Origin: Candidatus Obscuribacteraceae bacterium
GTDB taxonomy: Bacteria; Cyanobacteriota; Vampirovibrionia; Obscuribacterales; Obscuribacteraceae
Assembly (NCBI GenBank): GCA_044226015.1
Contig: JBGAHS010000005.1
Coordinates: forward strand, 64,001 to 128,000
Direction of reading: 5' to 3'
DNA length: 64,000 bases
The translations under genes were made by a program, and so were the position numbers. Of the stretch, positions 58,497 through 64,000 are shown one piece after another; the stretch's first letter is position 1, and each line of letters begins with the position of its first letter. The notes under the pieces were generated by a model that saw only the letters and a program-made list of their open reading frames with translations, made no database searches and was not told the DNA's origin.

Positions 58497-60670
58497 CTTT
58501 GTCCAATTTTTTCGAGCCAAACAGAAGCGCTCTTAAAAGCTGGGGTTCTTGATTTTTCGTCGACGTTTGCTCTGATTAGCACATTGGCTTCAGGGTAGTA
58601 CATCGCTAGAACACCGGGCTTGATAGGGCTGATAACTGCTTCGATGTTCTCCATTCTGCCTGCTTCACCTCGAACGTTTACCATGTCACCGTCTTTGATA
58701 CCAAGCTGAACTGCGTCTTCATTTGAAATGAGGACGCAAAATCTGTGCGGAACACCTCGGTAAAGGTCGTTTTCCTCGTAAACTACACTGTTGAATTGTC
58801 CCTCTGACCTCAATGTAATGAGGCGGTATTCGTCTTTCCTTTTAGGAGGCAATGTCGTTTTATGCATCACTGCCTTGCCACTAGCCGTTGGAAAATTAGC
58901 TTGATGAAATATACGACCGTTGATCGTAAATTCTCTTCTGGTGCTTTCTATGTTGTCTATTTCCTTGAAGCCAGGAACGACTTGAGCGATGATTTTGCGA
59001 ATCTGATTGTGGTCTTTCATTGACGACCAATCGAAAGGGGTTTTGCCAAGCACTCGATCTGCAAGTTCCGCAAATATTTCCGTCTCACTTCGCAACTGTC
59101 CACCGACATTTTGCTCGCCACCATCAGACAGGCGAACAAAATTGAACATAGATTCCTGTGTGGTGCTCTGTTTCTCTTCATCGCGGGCCAGCACAGGTAA
59201 AATCAGAGTGCGCTTGCCTCTGCCATGAAAATGACCCGGGTTTAGCTTGGTCGAAAGGTAGACTGTGGTGCCAATCTGTTGCATAGAATGACTCGCCCAG
59301 TTTGAATTCGGGTTGGAACCCCAGAGGTTTCCACCAAGTGCAATCAAGCAATCGATTTTGCCCTCACCAGCGGCTTCAACCAGTCCGTGCGTATCGTAGC
59401 CTTCTCCGTCAGGAAGTGTTTTTCCGTAGACCTTTTCCAGGGCTTTCTTAAAGCTGTCAGCTATTGTTGGTGAAAAGCCAATGGAACCTATGCCTTGTAC
59501 GTTTGAATGACCACGTATTGGCACGAGTCCTGCCCCTGGCTTGCCGACATTGCCTGTGCAGAGCGCCAGATTGATAAGTGCAAGTATATTATCAACGCCC
59601 CACTGGTGGTGCGTCAGCCCCATCGCCCAGGCGAAGATACAAGCTTTTGACTCAGCAACTTTATTTGCGAAGTCCGTAATGACTGCTCTGCTCACCCCTG
59701 AGCAGGCTTCGATTTCTTCCCAACTTTGATTATCGGCATTGGCTATGACTTCGTTGCTATTTTCTGTATGAGAATCGAGAAAACTTTGCTTCAGCTTGCC
59801 AGATTCTCTTAGAGCTTTGATCGCACCCATAAAGAGCGCAACATCGCCTCCCGCCATCACCTGAATGTAATCAGAAGCTATCTCACTCCCAAAGAGCAGC
59901 GACATAGGGCGAGATGGCACATGAAAGCGCTCAAGTCCTTTTTCAATAAGCGGATTAATCACAATGACTCTTCCGCCTCTTTTCCTCAAATCCGATAGAA
60001 CGGTCATCAGTCGGGGATGATTCGACGCAGGGTTGGCTCCTACCAGAACTATGGTGTCGCAGAGCTTGAGGTCTTCCAATTCGACCGTAGCAGTGCCAGA
60101 GCCAATGCTTTTTTTCAAGGCTACCCCAGAAGCCTGGTGGCAATAGAAGCTGCAGTTCATCACATGACTGCAGCCATACACTCGAGCAAATGATTGCATC
60201 AGAAAGGCGGCTTCGTTCGATGAGCGACCCGATGAATAAAAGCCTACGCGGTCTGCTTGAGTGGCTTTCAAGCTTGATGCCACAATTTCCATTGCTTGTT
60301 CCCAGCTTATTGGCTTGAAGTGCATCCAATCATGCTGATGAAGAAGAGGAAACGCAAGTCGACCGGCATCCTCTGCCTGTTTTGGTGTTAACTCAAGTAG
60401 GCGGTCGAGAAAGTTTTTTTCGAAGAATTCAAGCGAAATGGCTCCCTGCATATCAGCAACTTGTGCCTGCAAGCTTTTCTTGCAGACTTCAGGAAAATGA
60501 CCGCGCTCATTCACCATTCCGCCGAGCTGGCCGCCCATGCCTAAAGCGCAAGTTTTACAGGCATTCTTAGAACGCATCTTCTTCCAGAGCCTGATAGGAC
60601 CTGCTTCTATTGCTTTCTTGATTGTATAGGCGACGGCTGGAAAGCCGCCGCCGTATCTGCCTGTTCTCAT
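58493..60670 (-). CDS. FdhF/YdeP-family molybdopterin oxidoreductase
   Basis: FYSSGRSSNEAAFL, NCSFYCHQASG, GANPASNHPR, PIRGHSNVQG, TLRSEGQFNS, YYPEANVL. Confidence 0.92.
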   Translation of the reverse strand: MRTGRYGGGFPAVAYTIKKAIEAGPIRLWKKMRSKNACKTCALGMGGQLGGMVNERGHFPEVCKKSLQAQVADMQGAISLEFFEKNFLDRLLELTPKQAEDAGRLAFPLLHQHDWMHFKPISWEQAMEIVASSLKATQADRVGFYSSGRSSNEAAFLMQSFARVYGCSHVMNCSFYCHQASGVALKKSIGSGTATVELEDLKLCDTIVLVGANPASNHPRLMTVLSDLRKRGGRVIVINPLIEKGLERFHVPSRPMSLLFGSEIASDYIQVMAGGDVALFMGAIKALRESGKLKQSFLDSHTENSNEVIANADNQSWEEIEACSGVSRAVITDFANKVAESKACIFAWAMGLTHHQWGVDNILALINLALCTGNVGKPGAGLVPIRGHSNVQGIGSIGFSPTIADSFKKALEKVYGKTLPDGEGYDTHGLVEAAGEGKIDCLIALGGNLWGSNPNSNWASHSMQQIGTTVYLSTKLNPGHFHGRGKRTLILPVLARDEEKQSTTQESMFNFVRLSDGGEQNVGGQLRSETEIFAELADRVLGKTPFDWSSMKDHNQIRKIIAQVVPGFKEIDNIESTRREFTINGRIFHQANFPTASGKAVMHKTTLPPKRKDEYRLITLRSEGQFNSVVYEENDLYRGVPHRFCVLISNEDAVQLGIKDGDMVNVRGEAGRMENIEAVISPIKPGVLAMYYPEANVLIRANVDEKSRTPAFKSASVWLEKIGQS

Positions 60671-60680
60671 CACCGCACCG

Positions 60681-62045
60681 TTAGCGGGCAGCTGCTGTTG
60701 TCTTCAACTCGTCCCTTACCGCTTTGAGAGAATCTTCCAGAGCATTCAGGAATTTGTCTAGTTGCTCGTATGTGATCACCAGTGGTGGCTCAACTCTTAA
60801 CACGCGAGCATTAATGTAGGTGCCCGAAATCAGAATGCGTCTTGCAAACAAGTGCTTTGCCACTAGATATCCGATATCGTTGTTTGTAAACTCCATACCG
60901 AGCATCAGTCCTACGCCGCGTGCTCCAGACATGACGTCAGGATATTTTGCAGCTAGCTTTTGCAGCGCGGGCAAGAGATAAGCGCCCTTTTCGTGAGCTT
61001 GTCTTGGAAGATCTTCTTCTAACAACACATTAATAGTAGCAATTGCTGCTGCGCAGGCTACCGGATTGCCACCAAATGTAGTGGTATGAAGGAAGGGATT
61101 GTCAATGTATTTAGCCCAGGTTTTTGGCGTTCCAACAACTGCGCCAATCGGCATTACTCCACCGCCGAAGCCTTTTGCCAGTGCCATCAAGTCTGGTACT
61201 ACATTATCGTACTCGCAGTAGAACATCTTGCCACTTCTACCCATGCCGCATTGAATTTCGTCGAAGATCAACATAGTGCCATATTTGTCACAGAGTTCTC
61301 GACATGCCTGCAAATAGCCTGGAGGTGCAACATTGATGCCACCCTCGCCTTGAATAGGTTCAAGCACGAGTCCAGCAATTCTGTCTCCTGTGAAGTCACA
61401 GCTCTCCATAATTGTCTTGATTGCTTGAATGTCGCCAAATGGCACGTGGCTCCAATGAAGAAGAGGTAGAAACGGTTCGCGAAACACAGCTTTGGATGTT
61501 CCACCCAAAGCACCCAGGCTCTTTCCATGAAATCCACCCAGTGCACCAATAAAGTGCTTGCGACCGGTCGCGAGCATCGCCATTTTGAGGCAACCCTCAA
61601 CTGATTCCGTTCCGGAGTTGGTGAAGAAAGCATAATTTAAGTCGCCTGGTGTAATTAAAGACACGAGGCGCGCCAAATAGCATCTGAGCGGGTCGATAAG
61701 CTCTTGCGAGTGGATAGCCTGTCGGTCAAGCTGCTCTCTGACAGCCTTCATCACCTTAGGGTGGCGATGTCCCACATTGTAAATGCCAAATCCGCCGAGA
61801 ATGTCGATGAACTCAGTTCCATTGACATCGCGGAATACCGCACCCTCATCGTCCCATTCAACTGCAGTGTAGTCAGTACTGACGGACTTTCTGTATTGCA
61901 AAAAGCCTGCATTTACATGGTCGGCCCAGTACTGGACTGAGTCTGAGCAGATTTGTTTGCGTTCTGCTTCTGAAAGTTCCTTTTTGCCGATGAGCTGCAG
62001 TACTTCGTTCGACTTCTGCTTGGCAGCATCTAAGTCTTGAACCAT
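60681..62045 (-). CDS. patA: Putrescine aminotransferase (class III PLP)
   Basis: HVNAGFLQYRKSV, LGGFGIYNVGHR, HSQELIDPLR, NSGTESVE, EPIQGEGG, FDEIQ.GMGR, LAK, HTTTFGGNP, matching PatA/YgjG as recalled. Confidence 0.9.
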   Translation of the reverse strand: MVQDLDAAKQKSNEVLQLIGKKELSEAERKQICSDSVQYWADHVNAGFLQYRKSVSTDYTAVEWDDEGAVFRDVNGTEFIDILGGFGIYNVGHRHPKVMKAVREQLDRQAIHSQELIDPLRCYLARLVSLITPGDLNYAFFTNSGTESVEGCLKMAMLATGRKHFIGALGGFHGKSLGALGGTSKAVFREPFLPLLHWSHVPFGDIQAIKTIMESCDFTGDRIAGLVLEPIQGEGGINVAPPGYLQACRELCDKYGTMLIFDEIQCGMGRSGKMFYCEYDNVVPDLMALAKGFGGGVMPIGAVVGTPKTWAKYIDNPFLHTTTFGGNPVACAAAIATINVLLEEDLPRQAHEKGAYLLPALQKLAAKYPDVMSGARGVGLMLGMEFTNNDIGYLVAKHLFARRILISGTYINARVLRVEPPLVITYEQLDKFLNALEDSLKAVRDELKTTAAAR

Positions 62046-62156
62046 TTTTTAGTTCTCCTGCTGAAGATTAACGATTATAAGCGCGTGTTGGACGCTAATC
62101 ATATCGCATCTAGCCCCGAGTGATTATAATTGCACAGGGTTTTTGAGGCGGAACAG

Positions 62157-63623
62157 ATGTCCTGGTGGCAGAGTTTAGGATTGCCCGGTGCGCAAATAGA
62201 TAAGACCAGTGTGAGATTTCCCGTGGAAATCGAGCTAGTGCCTGAAGTGCTCAAGGCGCAGGTGCATTTGAGTACTTTTATTGTCGCTGACGATGAACTC
62301 ATATGCTGGACCTATGTTTCTGAGGGACTGCGTAAGATGGGGCAGAAGGAACTGGTCATTAGTCTTAGAAAACCAGTCGATGCTGCCGTTGGGGAGTTTC
62401 CGCAGGCGCCAGTCGAGTTTTTCAAGACTGTTTTTCAATACAGTGTTCGAAAAGAGTTTATTGATATTGGCAGCGTTTCCGATTTTGGTGAACCTGGATT
62501 TTTGACCAATGACTTTATTGGTGCGGCTTACATTAGAAGTCAATCACTTGGTGAATTTTTTCCGCCGGCTGAGAGTCTTGCAATGGTGCTTTTGACGAAA
62601 GACGAGATGGAGGCGGTTCAAATTGCTGGACTGACTCGAGTTCTGGCACTTCTTGGACGCGCCAATCTCCACTTCCCCTGTCCAGCCTGGAATGACCTCG
62701 CGCGCGTACCTGTTGTGTCATCAGAGCTATTATCGGTAATGAAAGAGAGCTTCATTTCGCAGATGCCAAGAATATTGGTTCGCGATTCCGGAGTAAGCTC
62801 GCTTGAGCGTGTCATCGATCTGCAATTGCCCTTATCTGCCAGGCATTATTTCAAACAGCTTGATGAGCTAGAGCGCCAGTCGCCTCTTTTACTTTTGTCT
62901 GATTTAGATGAGAGGGCTGATGCAGTTCTTGTCTTTCAAGAAGAACGTAAGGCTGCGCCGCTGGCTATTAGTGCGCCGGGGACTCCGGGAAGTCGCATCG
63001 CTGGTTCATTTATCTGCTTCGCTCCTGCGCAGCCTGGCGACCAGGGCATGATTATTGAAGATGGTTTCGCCCTATCGATGCGTGATGAAACCTGGAGTGA
63101 ATTAAAGAATAGTTTGGTTAATGGAAGTCCTTTCTATCTCTCCAGGCAGGAAGAGGGCTACGATTTTCGATTGAACTGGCATCAGGATGAACTGGCTGCA
63201 CCCGGACCGGAAACTATTGAGATAAGTGGGGTTGAGTTGGGCTGTCATGGCTCTAAGGCGCAAGACAGTTGTGCTGAGAAAACTTCGGTTCCTGCATATG
63301 CTACTGCTATCAATTTTCTGACTCACGAAAATGAAATCAGGCAATTAATCGAGATGGACGTTTTAAGACGTTATGTTGAGCACCTTGAGGATGTGGTGCG
63401 AGACCATTTCTTCTGTATGGGTGAATCAGACGGCTTCGATTTGAAGCTGGTTTGTACCATACTTCCGGAACGCAAAGCCGAATTCGAAGTGTCGAGCAGC
63501 CCAGTTATGGAGGCCGACGATGAAACAGATTTGCTCGATAGGCTCTCGATAACTTATGCGCCAGAGATACCTCAAGGCGCTATTAAATTGAATATGGAAA
63601 TCTGTGTTTGGGGCGGTAAATAA
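62157..63623 (+). CDS. Protein with a SARA/endofin C-terminal (DUF3480)-like domain plus an extra C-terminal domain
   Basis: CWTYVSEGL..MGQKELVI.L, RVLALLG....FPCP.W....R.P, DERADAVLV, AIS, GSFICF, IIEDG in the order recalled for ZFYVE9/16; GAGG SD before ATG 62157. Confidence 0.7.
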   Translation: MSWWQSLGLPGAQIDKTSVRFPVEIELVPEVLKAQVHLSTFIVADDELICWTYVSEGLRKMGQKELVISLRKPVDAAVGEFPQAPVEFFKTVFQYSVRKEFIDIGSVSDFGEPGFLTNDFIGAAYIRSQSLGEFFPPAESLAMVLLTKDEMEAVQIAGLTRVLALLGRANLHFPCPAWNDLARVPVVSSELLSVMKESFISQMPRILVRDSGVSSLERVIDLQLPLSARHYFKQLDELERQSPLLLLSDLDERADAVLVFQEERKAAPLAISAPGTPGSRIAGSFICFAPAQPGDQGMIIEDGFALSMRDETWSELKNSLVNGSPFYLSRQEEGYDFRLNWHQDELAAPGPETIEISGVELGCHGSKAQDSCAEKTSVPAYATAINFLTHENEIRQLIEMDVLRRYVEHLEDVVRDHFFCMGESDGFDLKLVCTILPERKAEFEVSSSPVMEADDETDLLDRLSITYAPEIPQGAIKLNMEICVWGGK

Positions 63624-63648
63624 GAGCAATTCTCGCGGGAGTTAATTC

Positions 63649-64000
63649 ATGAGCGTCAGTAAAACATGGACTGCTGCGGCATCTAACGCATTCATTGAAG
63701 AGTTTGAGCTGGGTCCCTGGGGAACAGGTTCCTTAAGCGGCTTGCAGTTTGTTGTTAGTGACATGATTGATATTGAAGATCGTGTTACCGGTTCGGGCAA
63801 CCCTACCTGGTTGGAAGGACGTGCTAATGCTGCTTGTAATGCACTGGCAGTCGATATATTGCTCGCCTCTGGTGCACAGTGCATCGGCAAAACAAAGACC
63901 GATGAATTTACCTTCAGTCTTTTGGGCGAAAGCAGTTTTTCTGAAACACCTGTGAATCCTCGTTGTGAGAATCGCGTTCCTGGTGGCTCTGCAGGTGGTG
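63649..64000 (+). CDS. Amidase-signature family protein (truncated by the window edge; not in the ORF track)
   Basis: Manual translation MSVSKTW...GSLSGLQFVVSDMIDIEDRVTGSGNPTW...GAQCIGKTKTDEFTFSLLGE...TPVNPRCENRVPGGSAGG; GGGAG SD. Confidence 0.88.
   Translation, partial: MSVSKTWTAAASNAFIEEFELGPWGTGSLSGLQFVVSDMIDIEDRVTGSGNPTWLEGRANAACNALAVDILLASGAQCIGKTKTDEFTFSLLGESSFSETPVNPRCENRVPGGSAGG

Overview
Gene-dense bacterial chromosomal window with about 50 CDS and no rRNA, tRNA, CRISPR array or transposase recognised. The style (many TPR proteins, a Hanks Ser/Thr kinase, a family of paralogous membrane histidine kinases, a secreted caspase-like protease, many low-complexity secreted orphans) suggests a non-photosynthetic Cyanobacteriota relative such as Obscuribacterales. 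That assignment is inference only. Recognisable genes: tandem USP, alpha/beta hydrolase, bestrophin, cupin, two molybdopterin oxidoreductases, GH3 beta-glucosidase, several two-component proteins, YchJ, M24 peptidase, SpoU methylase, vWA protein, a methyltransferase/diguanylate cyclase/NDP-sugar synthase operon, patA and a partial amidase. Best leads: (1) a 1308-aa tandem histidine kinase whose halves are reciprocally degenerate (half 1 has an intact ATP-binding domain but Ser in place of the phospho-His; half 2 has the His but a degenerate ATP-binding domain), a candidate single-chain self-complementing kinase; (2) an unannotated locus at 1.9-4.0 kb with a duplicated 68-aa gene, a purine-rich minisatellite behind each copy, and a divergent near-consensus sigma70 promoter reading into a structured non-coding stretch; (3) a protein resembling the eukaryotic SARA/endofin C-terminal domain next to an amidase lacking its catalytic Lys; (4) a Gly/Pro/Cys block-repeat protein next to a secreted caspase-YARHG protease; (5) a tandem-hairpin ncRNA candidate at 40.56 kb. 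All family calls come from motif recognition by eye; no searches were run.
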